A stretch of 64,000 nt of DNA from the human T2T-CHM13v2.0 reference genome, Homo sapiens, in the NCBI RefSeq assembly GCF_009914755.1, contig NC_060940.1. The stretch is one strand, 5' to 3'. Shown here in pieces: positions 39,451-55,781 of this stretch; position 1 is the stretch's first letter; every line of letters starts with the position of its first letter. A program made the position numbers and the translations under genes. Below the pieces are notes generated by a model. It did not search any database, was not told the DNA's origin, and was given only the letters and a program-made list of their open reading frames with translations.

Positions 39451-40253
39451 AAAGAAATGTTTAAAAATAAAACATTGTTTAAAATAGGAAAGCTTTATAA
39501 CAACAAATGATGTGGGGACAGTTGATAACAGCTTCTAGAATAAAAAAGAAAGAGTAAAGGGCCATAACAACTAAATGCAAAGTGCAGATTGTGATTGGAT
39601 ACTGGTTTCTGGGGGAAAAAAACCTCAAAGACCTTTGGGAGACAGATGGAGGAAATTGACTTTAATGCTATTAGGGAATTATTAATTAACTTAGATTTGC
39701 TAATGGTCTTATGATTATATAGGGAAATGCTCTTAGGGGACAGACATTAAATAATTTAGGGGCAAAATGTCATGATGTCTACAATGTACTCTCAGCTCAA
39801 GGAGAAGAAACCAGAGAGGGCAGGCACGTGTGGCAAAATGGTGAGGATCATTGAATCTAAGCAGTAGTTCTACGGTTATGATATTCCCCTGTATCCTTAC
39901 TGTTTGAAATTTTTTTGTAATAAGTTGAAAAAAAAGGGAAAGGAAACTTTATAAATGGAAATTCATATCCCTTTCTATAAATAAAAGGTTACTATGAAAA
40001 TGAATATAATGAATATATGAATGAATATAAAATGAATATAATGAGTGAAATGAATATAAACAAAATAACGCATTAATTTCCAGCTGGATTCTCTTCCCTG
40101 GCCAAGTCTCTGAGACCTTCTCCCAGGGCGATGCAAAGCTACTCGCTACCAGCTTGGACCTGTCTGCAGTATCTCCTCTGGGACCTGCCATGCTGAGGAC
40201 CCATTCTCACCTCTGAGGGACTCCTGTCCTAGGACTAAGGTGGAGCCTGGGCC

Positions 40254-40386
40254 ATGGTACAGCTGGCTCCTGCGGCAGCCATGGACGAGGTCACCTTTAG
40301 GAGCGACACTGTGCTGTCAGATGTCCACCTCTATACCCCGAACCATAGACATCTCATGGTACGGCTGAACAGCGTGGGGCAGCCAG
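40254..40386 (+). CDS. METTL22: METTL22 exon 2 coding part (133 nt; exon probably starts at 40084)
   Basis: Strong-Kozak GCCATGG; MVQLAPAAAMDEVTFRSDTVLSDVHLYTPNHRHLMVRLNSVGQP; donor AG|GTAAGG. Confidence 0.93.
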
Positions 40387-40599
40387 GTAAGGTCCTGGGC
40401 CCAGGTGCCCTGCGGATCCTATTTTGTTTTCTGCTTTCTCATACTCATCTTTTTGGGGAAAATATTGGAAAGACTGGATTACGTAACTGTTATCCTCAGA
40501 CCACTTTTTAAGTGCCCTTTTTTTCTTTATGATTTTTTAAAAACCTTGTACTCTGCAATTTTTGTATGTGGGGGTTTGTTTTGCTTTTGTTTTTGCTTT

Positions 40600-42674
<2,075 letters not shown>

Positions 42675-43317
42675 CCTTATGTGGTTGCCACATCTGTGTC
42701 ACACAGAATGCAGTTTTACTATATTCCTGGTAATTAACACAGCCTGTAATTATCTTGTTTACTTGCTTAATGTTTCTTCCCCGACTTCACTCCTAAAATG
42801 TAAGGCCCTAACATACCAAATCCTGCTTTGTACCCCCAGCACCTGGCATGGTACTTGGCACACAGTGTTCGGTGATGAATGAATGGATGATCGGACAGAT
42901 TCAAAAACTGGCATAAACCCGGGATGCTGTGTGAGCTTAGAGGAGAGGCCCCTGAGCTCATTCCTAAAAGTTGTGTGGCCTTGGTCAGCTTAGTCCTCTA
43001 AGCCTCAGTTTCTGGGTCTGTAAGATGAAGCTGATAATGGTATCTTCACAGCAATTGTGGAGATTGAATGAGCTGATATGAGCCAAGTGCCTCATAGATT
43101 CTCATGAAATGGCGGCTGCTCTTGGTGGTGGCCCCAGCCTCCTGGCTGGTGGTGGTCACAGCTGAATCAAGTGGGCCTTTTCTGCTGGCATTAGTATATC
43201 TCTACCTGGCCTTTAAAAATCTTTCCTATTGGTAATCAGATATTCTCAAAGAAGAAGAGGAAGGTAAAAAAGAAAACATCTTGGAATTCTCATTTTGCGT
43301 TCTGTCTTGCCTTTCAG

Positions 43318-43698
43318 TTTTCCTGTCCCAATTCAAGCTTCTATGGAGCCAAGACTCTTGGACAGATTCAGGAGCCAAGGGTGGCAGTCACAGAGATGTT
43401 CACACAAAGGAGCCTCCTTCTGCTGAGACAGGCAGCACAGGGTCCCCTCCAGGAAGTGGCCATGGTAATGAGGGTTTCTCCCTCCAGGCCGGGACTGACA
43501 CCACTGGCCAGGAAGTGGCTGAAGCTCAGCTGGATGAGGATGGGGATTTGGACGTGGTGAGAAGACCACGAGCCGCCTCTGATTCCAACCCAGCAGGGCC
43601 TCTGAGAGACAAGGTACATCCCATGATTCTAGCACAGGAAGAAGACGACGTCCTGGGAGAGGAAGCACAAGGCAGCCCGCACGATATCATCAGAATAG
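43318..43698 (+). CDS. METTL22: METTL22 exon 3 (381 nt)
   Basis: Acceptor CTTTCAG|; VFLSQFKLLW...DEDGDLDVVRRPR...DIIRI; donor G|GTAAAT; phase 1-1. Confidence 0.93.
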
Positions 43699-46600
43699 GT
43701 AAATAGAGGTGTGATGTGGCCCACCTGTCACCAAGGCAACTCCGCAGTGTCACTGCTCAGGGCTCAGTATGATCTGAGCGTGGACTCTGCAGGCCCAGGC
43801 AGCACAGGTTATGAGAACCAGCTCGGGTGAGACTGGGGAAGCTCTCCACAACCCCGTCACTCCTGCCCGGCTCACACCACCACAGCCTCACCCTGTGCGC
43901 TTTCTTCTCTGTGCTGTGCCTCCTTGCTGGAGTGCTTGCTCCCAGCCTCTGCTCCCTTAACATGTTCCCCATTGCCGTACAGTTTCCAGCTCAGCCACAC
44001 CTCCTGCAGGAAGCCTCCCTGCTGCTGCCTCCCACATCTGTGCTCTTGCTCTAACTCAGCGTGTTGGGGGTGTGGGACAGGCTTGGCCTGGCTGGGCTGG
44101 CAGTAGGGAGCCATGGGAGGTTCTGGAGCTGGAGTGTGGCAGAGGGAGAGGGATGTAAATGAAAATGAATGGGGCGTGGACCAGTCAGATGGACTGGGAG
44201 CTGGGAGCTAGAAGCCAGGTAAGAAAGGGGAGTGATGAAGTGGCGGGAAAAGTGGGACAGGAGAGAGGTTTGGACAGATACTCAGAGGTGGGATCAAAGA
44301 GGAACTGCTACCCAGGTATGGGGGCAGAGCAGAGGGGTTTGCTGACTCTAGGATTTGAAATCTAGGGACCTGGCACTCTAGAAACACCGGGAGCAGTAGG
44401 GAGCTGGGCCAGGAAGTGATCGGTCCTGGTTAAGCACCTATCGTGTTTTGGATATCTTCACTAGTATCGAGTGGCCTAGTCTGCACAGCCCCTCCTGAGG
44501 GGGTGCACGGATGAGGAAGTGAAAGGCCTAGCGCCATGCTGCTTGGTGGTGGTGAGCGAGCTTCGAATCCACACAGTGTCCACACCAGGGCTTTGCCTCC
44601 CCCTGGCGCTGCTCATTGGGGAGCGGAGCTGTGATTTGAGGCCGTTCATTGAGATCCAGGGTCCCCGATGGTGTCTTGAGTTCCCAGGGAAAGGCCTCCC
44701 CCAGCACTGGCCTTTGGTCAGAGAATGGGGGTCAGTGGGTCACTCTCAAAAACAGACAAAACAGCAGCTCTGTATCTATCTGCTCAGCAAACAGTTACTA
44801 AGCGCCTCCACGGTGGTACCAAGCAGCCTCTGTTCTAGACTGTCCCAGAGAGGGCAACGTGGAACTCATACCAGAACCCAGTTCCATGTATCCCATGGGT
44901 GATCTCTGCCCTCATGGCCTCTGCAGATAGGGATGAGTATTCCCATTTCACAGAGGAAGAGACTGAGGCTCAGCGAGGTTGAGGAACTTGCTGGGGTCAC
45001 ACAACTAGTCAGTGGCAGAGCTGAGACTTGTACCTAGGTCTGTCTGACGCCACAGCCTGTGCTGTCATTCCACATCATGGGGGCAGAGCTTTCGAAAGAG
45101 GCTTGGAAAGTCCTGCTTCTCAGGGGGGCCGACGATGGCTCATTTCCCTCTGAGCCCTCACTGTTATTAGCCTCCCCAAGCTGGGGAGCAAACCTGTCAG
45201 TTACTCCACAGTGAATTGTTGTGTCTGTAGTGAATGTTCTGGGAATTTACCATTGTATGAGCTAAGAACAAAGTCCCTCGGGAAGAGGCTGGCCTGTGAC
45301 CCGCTTACCCTCCTGCCCTGTTCCGGTGACCTCACGGTGAGGCCCCCTTGTCTGTATACCTGGAAGTTCACTTTTTCAGCTGTCAGTCACTCACTACCTG
45401 TCCTGACGGAGGAGAGTGGAATGGTAGCTGATGCATGAACCTAGGTAGTAATTCGTGATTATTTCAAACTGGCTAGAGCACTTTCATCTGCAAAACTTGA
45501 TCTAATCCTGCCGGGCTGGATTTTCAGCCCAGCTCCATCTTCACAAGCCAGGTGACCAGAGACAAATGTCTTACCCACTCAGAACCACATGGTCAGAACC
45601 ACGTGATCAGGGGAACCACTGTCCCTGGGTTTTAGTGATAATTTATTGAAACATGCCCAGTGAGTGCCAGGAGCAGGGCCTGGCGCAGAGTTGATGGTAA
45701 GCAGACGTCATTCGCCTCACAACCCTTTTCCTCTGACCCGTAAATCAACCCATTTTTTTCAAGTTATAGACCCATTTGAGAAACTGGTTTTTCTAAAGAA
45801 AAAGAAAAATAGGTGTTTTCTTAACTATTCCAAGGGATTGATAAAACCTTAAAAAGTTTATCCAGGGATCTGCCAGGAATCCACAGACCCAGGATTCAAA
45901 AGAAATTATGTTCAATTCCCCCACTGTAGAAATAAAGTGAGACCCCAAGAGAACTCGAGAAAGGCAGGGCTGGAACTCAGGCCGTCAGATTCTGAGTCCC
46001 GTGCCTTCCTGCTGGAGAATCGGGCAAGTCGCTTAGCCTCTCTGAGTTCAGTTTTCTTGTCTGTACAAGGGGTACAACCTCCTCCAGTTGTAAGGAATTC
46101 AGAGAGACAGCACATACAAAGCTCTTAGCGTAATGCCTGGCACGGATTCAGTGTTCCGTAAATGTAAGCCTCTGTCCTGGGGACTGGCCCAAGCTGGGAG
46201 GAGGGAGACTGACTGACGAACAGTCTAAGTTCCTGCAGGTCTAGAGACCCAGTTTGCAAATGAGATAAGACGTAATTCTAGAATCTGATAAGGACAGGTG
46301 AGATTCTAACACTGTCTCATCCCATTGCTAGCCCTAGAGTTTCTCATGGGGATAGTTCCTCAGGCTGGTCTTTTATGTTCTTATGATACCTTTGGGATTA
46401 TTTAAATATAAACTCTGACTTTTCACAGGAGTGGGAGCCCCAAGATGGCCCTGGGTAGGGAGGTCCCTAAGTCACCTGGGCCTCCACCCCTAGACTGAAT
46501 CCTTCTTCCTCACCCCTATGCAGCCACCTGGACCGGGCCCAGCCCAGGGCTGACATACTGGGCATTTGTTGTGATCTCTGACTATCCTGATGAGTCATGA

Positions 46601-46967
46601 AGAAGCATATTTACCCATTCGAACACTAGCAAGTGCCTGAAACGGGGCAGGGGTCGGGTAGACCTCGGAATCTCTGCACTCCGGAGTCGAGGATGTCAGA
46701 CACAAGAAAGGAGAGTGCCCTTAAGGTCGGCCACACTCAGCTTCCTGGGGAATTCATTCTGGCTTTTTCCATCTGGCCCCAGGGAGTCGCACAGCATCCG
46801 CTTCTTCCTTTGATCCATCCCTGAGCCTCTTGTTCTCTCCCTTATCAATTCGCCCTGGTGTTTTCTCGTGTTATCAGCATCAGCAGAAAGCACATCTTAG
46901 ATCAGTTTTTGGTCAGACTCCCAAATGACTTCATTTTAAATCCTCTTTTGTTTCTATTTGGCTTTAG

Positions 46968-47135
<168 letters not shown>

Positions 47136-47905
47136 TGACCCTGGGCTGGTCACGTCCCCCTTCTGGGCTTCAGTGATCTCCACCTGTGCAAGGGCTGGGG
47201 TCCTTGACCACCTCAGTGGTTCTCAGATGTCTGCCGAGCCTGTGCTCTCTCAGAAGCGCTGTCTGGTTAAACACTGTTACAGCCTTAGAAATGAGGGATG
47301 AGGCTACTTCTGCATTTTGCAAAAGAGGAAACTGTAGCTCTGTCTCCAAGAAGTTAAGTGACTTGTCACCCAGCTAGGAAATGACAAAACTGGGTTGTCA
47401 TATAGGTCTCTGACCTCAGAGTCCTCATTCTCCCTGAAGGGAAGCTAGCCACCCATTGAGGACAGCTGGGAGGCAGAACTTACGTCCACGAGACCCCTGG
47501 AAGGAAGTGACCAATCACATAGGACCAAGATCACTATGAGAAGGTTCCCCTGGCAGCAGGAACCCTTAGGACAGCTGGGGTTAGGGAGCAGACGGCAAGG
47601 AGGAAGCTTTCCCAGGCCAATGGAGGGAGAGGAGAGGAGAGGAGGCTACGAGCCACACCCAGGAGATGGCATGGGTGGGACTGGGGAAGAGGAACTGGGC
47701 AGGGACGCTGACACAGAGGGCCTGGGGTCTGTAGACCACAGACACCCCTTCCCCTCCACGCACAAGCACACAAGCCTTCAGCCTGCCCAGCGAGTCCCTG
47801 TCCCTTTCATCCTGGGAGGCTCTGCCCCAGGCTTTTTAAACCGTGTCCCTGGCATGGTTCAGATTCTACATCTCCCTTCCCCAAGCAGGCTGAAGAGCTA
47901 GAAAA

Positions 47906-48200
47906 GGCCGGGCACGGTGGCTCACACCTATGATCCCACTTCGGGAGGCCAAAGCAGTGTATCACTTGAGCCCAAGGGTTTGAAACCAGCCCTGGCAACA
48001 TGCTGAGACCCTATCTCTACAAAAACTACAAAACTAAAAAAATTTAGCCTGGCATGGAGGCATGCACCTGTAGCCCCAGCTACTCGAGAGGCTTAGGTGG
48101 CAGGGTCACTTGAGCCTGGGAGGTGGAGGCTGCAGTGAGCCTTGGCCGTGCCACCACACTCCAGCGTAGATGACAGAGTGAGACCCTGTCTCAAAACAGA
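47906..48200 (+). mobile_element. AluJ (intron 3)
   Basis: Alu consensus. Confidence 0.88.
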
Positions 48201-49625
48201 AAGAGACAGAAAACTGCAGATGACCTGACTTGGAACCCCGCATCTGCCACTCACCCTCTCTGTGACCACAGCCTGCTAACCTCACCCAGCCACCTTTTCC
48301 TCATCCAATAATACTCGAACCTGTCATTGGGTGATTTTGAGGATTAAATGAGAAAGCATTTAGCCCAGTGCCTCATGCAGAGAAGGTGCTTTTTTTTCTA
48401 TTAACTTTACAAGCAGTAATGCTGAACCTTAGTCAGTGTCTTTCTCTGTAATATACATGTGAGCCAATCAGGTAGAATCTCAGTGGCACCCAGGGCTGGC
48501 TCACAGAATGTGTCTGTCTAGTGAATGTTGGTTCAGTGAAGGAACTTTGCATCAGGTGGTTCGGCAGGTGTATTTCTGTTCCAGTTTCAAACCAGGTGAC
48601 TACGTGTTAGGACGTAGCAATCTGAAGCCCTTCTGAAAGGAACATGTTTTATTAAAAGTGCCTTGTAAGCCACCATGTCAAATCTAGCCAAGATGCTGGT
48701 GGACAACCCATTAGTCACTTTATTCAGAGATCAGATTCTAACTGCCCATAGGGCTGAAATCTTTGGCCAGATTTTCCCAGGAGGAGCCCTCAGAGAACAG
48801 TGGCCCAGGTGCCCAACAGGACCCTACACAGTCGGTTTCTTTCCTTGTTCGGGGACAGACAGAGCGATTGGCGATAGCTGTTACCATCTCACTTAAAAAT
48901 ACTTGAGCAAGTTATTTTCCCTCCTCGGGAGCTCTTAGACAAGCAAGTTCTTACTTAACAACAAAAAATGCTTTGCTTCATTCCTTTTCTCCTTGATCTT
49001 ATATTTCCATTGTGTTCTCCCATCCACCAGAATTTGATCCTATTAGGGTATATTATAAATACAAAATATATTATATTTTGCACTTGAGAATACTTATACT
49101 ACTTTTCAACGTTTTTAAAAAGGATGTAAATTTAAACTTATTTTTTTGTTAACTTCTAATGTAGATTTCTAAGTATGAGAAAATAATGAAGTTAAGTATG
49201 TTTCTCAGTATAAGAAAATACTTTTGAATGAATTGTGATTATTAGTAGTATATAAATTAATATATTATGATTGTAACTTTGCAATTATTGGTCATGAAAA
49301 AAGTAGTGCACTGCATGTGGGTGCAATTAAATTGCGTGAAAACCTAATTGTGACCCTCCCTAGCCTTGGGCTGTAGGGCAGAGATACCCAGTTACATGAA
49401 GGAGTGTGAGCCCCATTCCAAAAAGCTCCCATCCTCTGAGTGGTGCTCAAAAGTCGCCTCCTAACCAGTAGCACAGCCTGTGTTTCTGCTGCTCTCTAGA
49501 ATGCCTCATTCCAACCTCTGACGCCCATCTGACCGTGCTGGCGGTTGCCACACTGTCCTGTCTTGTGGTTTTCTGTCCATCCCCATTTCACAGTGGGCAT
49601 TTCTCTTGGTTTCTGTCCCATCCAG

Positions 49626-49666
49626 AGCACACCATGGCCACGCCCCTGGAGGATGTTGGCAAGCAG
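49626..49666 (+). CDS. METTL22: METTL22 exon 4 (41 nt)
   Basis: TCCAG|; EHTMATPLEDVGKQ; donor CAG|GTGGGT. Confidence 0.9.
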
Positions 49667-49754
49667 GTGGGTAGGTCTTGTCTGCTTCCTGTGGCCCTGA
49701 TGGGTCCCTGCAGAGCCTCACGCTGCTTGTCGCTCCTTGTCCTCTTCCCTCCAG

Positions 49755-49899
49755 GTGTGGCGGGGCGCCCTGCTCCTGGCAGACTACATCCTGTTCCGAC
49801 AGGACCTCTTCCGAGGATGTACAGCGCTGGAGCTCGGGGCCGGCACGGGGCTCGCTAGCATCATCGCAGCCACCATGGCACGGACCGTTTATTGTACAG
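49755..49899 (+). CDS. METTL22: METTL22 exon 5 (145 nt), SAM-binding motif I
   Basis: VWRGALLLAD...ALELGAGTGLAS...VYCT: 7-beta-strand MTase motif I and post-I; GT-AG borders. Confidence 0.96.
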
Positions 49900-50550
49900 G
49901 TAATGAGGTGACATCTCAGGCTGCAGGGAAGTAGTCACCTTCACAAAGCATGCACTGACTGTATAAAAAAAGAGGCAGAGGCAATGGAAATTGGATGTTA
50001 GCTGCTGTTGATTTTGCCATCCTGGTCCCCTGGCCCTCTCCACTCTCCATTTTTTCTCAGTGACATCAAAATGACCCAGCAATACGCACTCAGCAGCAGC
50101 AGCGTCACCCAGTGGCTATAAGGCCATTGAGCTTCAGGAGGTGCCTAGCGCCCCTGCTGGTACCTCTCTCCCCACTCCTGAGAAAGAGCAAATATCTCCA
50201 AAAACAGGAGGAATATACCCTTTTAGAAGCCTTTGAAAGCAAGTTTATTATTTTTTTCCTGGGTATAGAAGCCTTGCCCATTCTTTGTAGGAGGTTTTTA
50301 AAACAGTACATAAAAATTACTCATAATTTTACAATCCCTAGATTGAATCAACAATATGCAACTTATGGGTCACCTCCCGTGTGCCACTCATTTCTAGATG
50401 TAGGAGGCCCTGCGGTGAATGGAGCTGACTAGGCACTGCCCTCAGGGCGCTTACGTTGTAAGAATCTCCTCCAAATGATAGCTGAAATCAAGCTGCAGCA
50501 GCACTGTATTCTGCTGAAAATGTTGAAAAACATTTTTAAGAGCATTTTCT

Positions 50551-50797
50551 TTTTTAAATATGTATATATTTAGGGGGTACAAGTGCGGGTTTCTGATGTG
50601 CAGCTATATTGCAGTGATGACATCCGTCTGGGCTTTTAGTGGACCTTCCACTCAAATAGTGAACATTGTACCCAATAGGGAAGCTTTAATCCCCCACCCC
50701 TCCCACCGTGTCACCTTCTGGAATCCCCAGTGTCTGTGTTTCCACTCAGTATGTCCATGTTTACCCATTGTTTAGCTCCCACTCATAAGTGAGAACA
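50551..50797 (-). mobile_element. 5'-truncated L1 3' end with 17-bp TSD
   Basis: TSD TTTTAAGAGCATTTTCT at 50534-50550 and 50798-50814. Confidence 0.8.
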
Positions 50798-50839
50798 TTT
50801 TAAGAGCATTTTCTCATGCCATTAAAAAATTATTATATA

Positions 50840-52762
<1,923 letters not shown>

Positions 52763-53676
52763 TCAGGTACATATCATCAGTATTCTCTTGGCCTAGGAGA
52801 TAGGGTAGATCCCTCCCTTCTGCGAGCAGGGAGCTCCTCCCGTACATGGCTCTGTGTGACCCCTGGGGTGCAGATGTTAGTCCCAGGGAGATTGCACTGT
52901 GGGTCCACGCCCACAGTGGACCAAGCAAATGTCATTAACAAGACATACTGTACTTTCTACACGCACATTCTTCTAATTAGAAGTTTATTTTTGGTAAAGC
53001 ACTGCTTCTGCCAGTGAGGATTCACTGTACCCCAAGTTAGTTCTTGAAATGATGAGAAATCCCACTTGTCAGAGTAGCAGGCGGCTGGGAGGGAGATCTG
53101 GGTGGCAGCAAAGTGAATCGCGCTCAAGAGAGTGGGCTCAGCCTGTTTGAATCTGCTCTGTGTTCTGACGAATCATAAGAAAAAATCCTTCTGACCGGAA
53201 AACTGGTCCAGTCAGTTTTCCTAGGGTGTCAAAGAACGAGCCTAAATTTGGAGTTAGAAAAACCTGGATCAAATCCCAACTCTTGCTCTCAGTAGCTGCA
53301 TGACTTTGCTCAAGTCACTTAATCCGTGAAATGGGATTCATGATCCCAGCTCCTGTGTGGCCATAAACATGAAAACGATGAACTAGGGAAGTGCACGCGG
53401 GTTGCATGCGCTCGGATGATGTTGGGAGCTCACACTCCTTCCCTCTGGAATGCGCACTGTCTGTCCCCATCAGGAGGAGAATCTCTTATTTAGGGAACAA
53501 GCCAATGAAAAGAGCCTTAAGGTGAGGGTATTTAATTTTGGCAGTAAGACACATAGGAGAAACGTTTCTCTAATTTCTGCAGTTGTGCTGTTGATCACAG
53601 CTCTCTCTAGGCAAAAACATGGAGATAAAAGTGTCGTAGTGGCTGGCACTTTATGGCTTGCCCTCTGTCATTCCAG

Positions 53677-53748
53677 ATGTCGGTGCAGATCTCTTGTCCA
53701 TGTGCCAGCGAAACATTGCCCTCAACAGCCACCTGGCTGCCACTGGAG
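53677..53748 (+). CDS. METTL22: METTL22 exon 6 (72 nt)
   Basis: TTCCAG|; DVGADLLSMCQRNIALNSHLAATG; donor G|GTGAGG. Confidence 0.93.
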
Positions 53749-55065
53749 GTGAGGCCCAGGGGGTCTTCTGCCAGGGAGGGAGGTTTCTCTGTTTAGCAGG
53801 TAGGACAGACACCCAAGACCATGACATTGGGAGGCAGGGCTCCGTCTGTGTCCCTTGCAGCAGGTGAGTAAGGGGAGCAGGCATCGTCTGGGCATCACAG
53901 AGCTTCAGAGCATTGAGGACGCTCCTTGTGTCACCTCCTCATTCCCAGATCCACTGCGTCATCCTACTCCAGCTCTTTCTCTCCCGGACACTGGTGGCGG
54001 CCCCTGAGCTGGTCTCCCCAGCTCCTTAGTTGACCCGTCCAAGATGTCCTCATGAAACATCCAGAGTGCCCTTTCTCAGATGCAAGCCAGTCCGCTTCAC
54101 TTGGTGCTGAAAACCTCCCAGGGGCGTCATCACCTGTGGGGTGAAGTCTGAGCTCCTTGAATTCCCAGGCCTCCCTGGCCCAGCCCCGGCCTGCTCTCCT
54201 TGCCTCCTCCTGACAGTCTCCTTTCCAGCCCTGCATCCAGCACGGCCAGGACTCACTCACAGGCCAGTCCCCCTGCGCAGATGGGCCCCCCCCTCCATCT
54301 GCCTGGTTCTCTGCTCCCTGCACGGCCTGCAGGGATGAGTGTATGTGATGGGTGACGACAGTTATGTCCTAACGCCTCCTCCGAGCAGCCCCCCAGGCTT
54401 CAGGCCCTTCAGTGGTTTCCTGTTGCTTGTCTCATGTTCTTGGGGATCTGGCCCCTGTCTGTCTGCAGCGCCCCCCCCCACCAACAGCCGACCTCACCGT
54501 CTTTCAAATCACATTCCCTCGAGTCCTTTGCCCTTGCTCTTCCCTCCGCCTGAGTGCTCTGCCCTCCCTCCTCCCGGCAAGTCCTCATCACCCTCGGGGC
54601 TTCAGACCTCCAGATTTGAGGCCAGAGCCCCCAACAGACTCCAGGCACACGTTGCATGATTGCATTTTACCATCTGCTCGTGTGACTAGTTATTGGTGTT
54701 TTCCATTCCCACCGGACTACAAGCTCTGTGGGTGCAGGTACCCTGTCTGCATTTGCTCTGCACTGTCACAATGTTTGTTGAGTGCTCAGGGTACAGTAGG
54801 CAGTCAGCAGAGCTGGGAGGATGGAGGGAGCGTGCCGGTGGAAGCCTTCCCTGACATCCGCTGTCTGACATGAGTTCCTCTCTCTCCTCCTGTGCGTTTG
54901 CCTCATCCTTCTGGCATCACCCAGCCACACAGTCTTGCCGTTGTTGGTTAACCTGCCAGTCTCTCCTAGGGGAGCTGGTCTGCAAGGATGGGGAGCATGA
55001 CTCTTAAATCTTTATTTTCCCTATGTCTGGCACCGTCCCTGACACGTAGCACTCAAAAAATGCTG

Positions 55066-55523
55066 GAAGAATGGACGGATGGATGGAGGGAAGGGACAGA
55101 AAATGGATGATGGATGAGAAGGAGGGAAGGAGGATAATAAGGATGGGTGGGTGGATGGGTGGGAGGGCAGAAGGATGGATAGATGGGTAGATGAGAGGAT
55201 GGATGGATGGAAAGATGGGTGGATGGGAGGGAGGGAGGGAAGGAAGATGGGTGGGTGGATGGATGGATGGATAGATGGAAGGGCAGGAAGATGGGTGGGG
55301 GGGTGGGTGGATGGATGGATGGATCGATGGATGGCTAGAAGGAAGGATGAGAAGATGGATGGGAGGGAGGCAGGGAGGGAAGGAAGATAGGTGGGTGGGT
55401 GGGTGGGTAGATGGATGGATGGATAGAAGGAAGGGCCGGAAGATGGGCAGGTGGGTGGGTGGGTGGTTGGGTGGGTGAATGGATGGATGGATGGATGGAT
55501 GGATGGATGGATGGATGGATGGA

Positions 55524-55561
<38 letters not shown>

Positions 55562-55642
55562 TCTGGCTGTCTGGCTGGCTGTAAAGATGGAAGGGCAGGA
55601 AGGTGGATGGGTGAGAGCAAGGGTGGGTGGGTGGATAGATGG
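55066..55642 (+). repeat. GGAT/GGGT/GGCT compound tetranucleotide tract
   Basis: Includes (GGAT)11 at 55481-55524, (GGCT)9 at 55525-55560 and (GGGT)4 at 55393-55408. Confidence 0.95.
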
Positions 55643-55727
55643 ATCTTCATATATAGTGTAAAAGTTTATCTTTTTTTCCTGATGATGTTTAGAGTTTGGA
55701 AAGTTCTCTTTTTGTTTGTTTTTACAG

Positions 55728-55781
55728 GTGGTATAGTTAGGGTCAAAGAACTGGACTGGCTGAAGGACGACCTCTGCACAG
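55728..55781 (+). CDS. METTL22: METTL22 exon 7 (54 nt)
   Basis: TTTACAG|; [18 protein letters not shown] with the family-16 LDW motif; donor G|GTGTGT. Confidence 0.92.

Noticed and set aside
40084-40386. Rolling-circle translation of circularised exon 2 (303 nt, multiple of 3, flanked by inverted Alus)
   Set aside because: An in-frame TGA at 40194-40196 stops the frame.
50146-50163. CTCF-like motifs (also ~4088, ~58748, ~63960)
   Set aside because: Each mismatches or misaligns core positions of CCASYAGRKGGCRS; unsupported without a PWM scan or ChIP.
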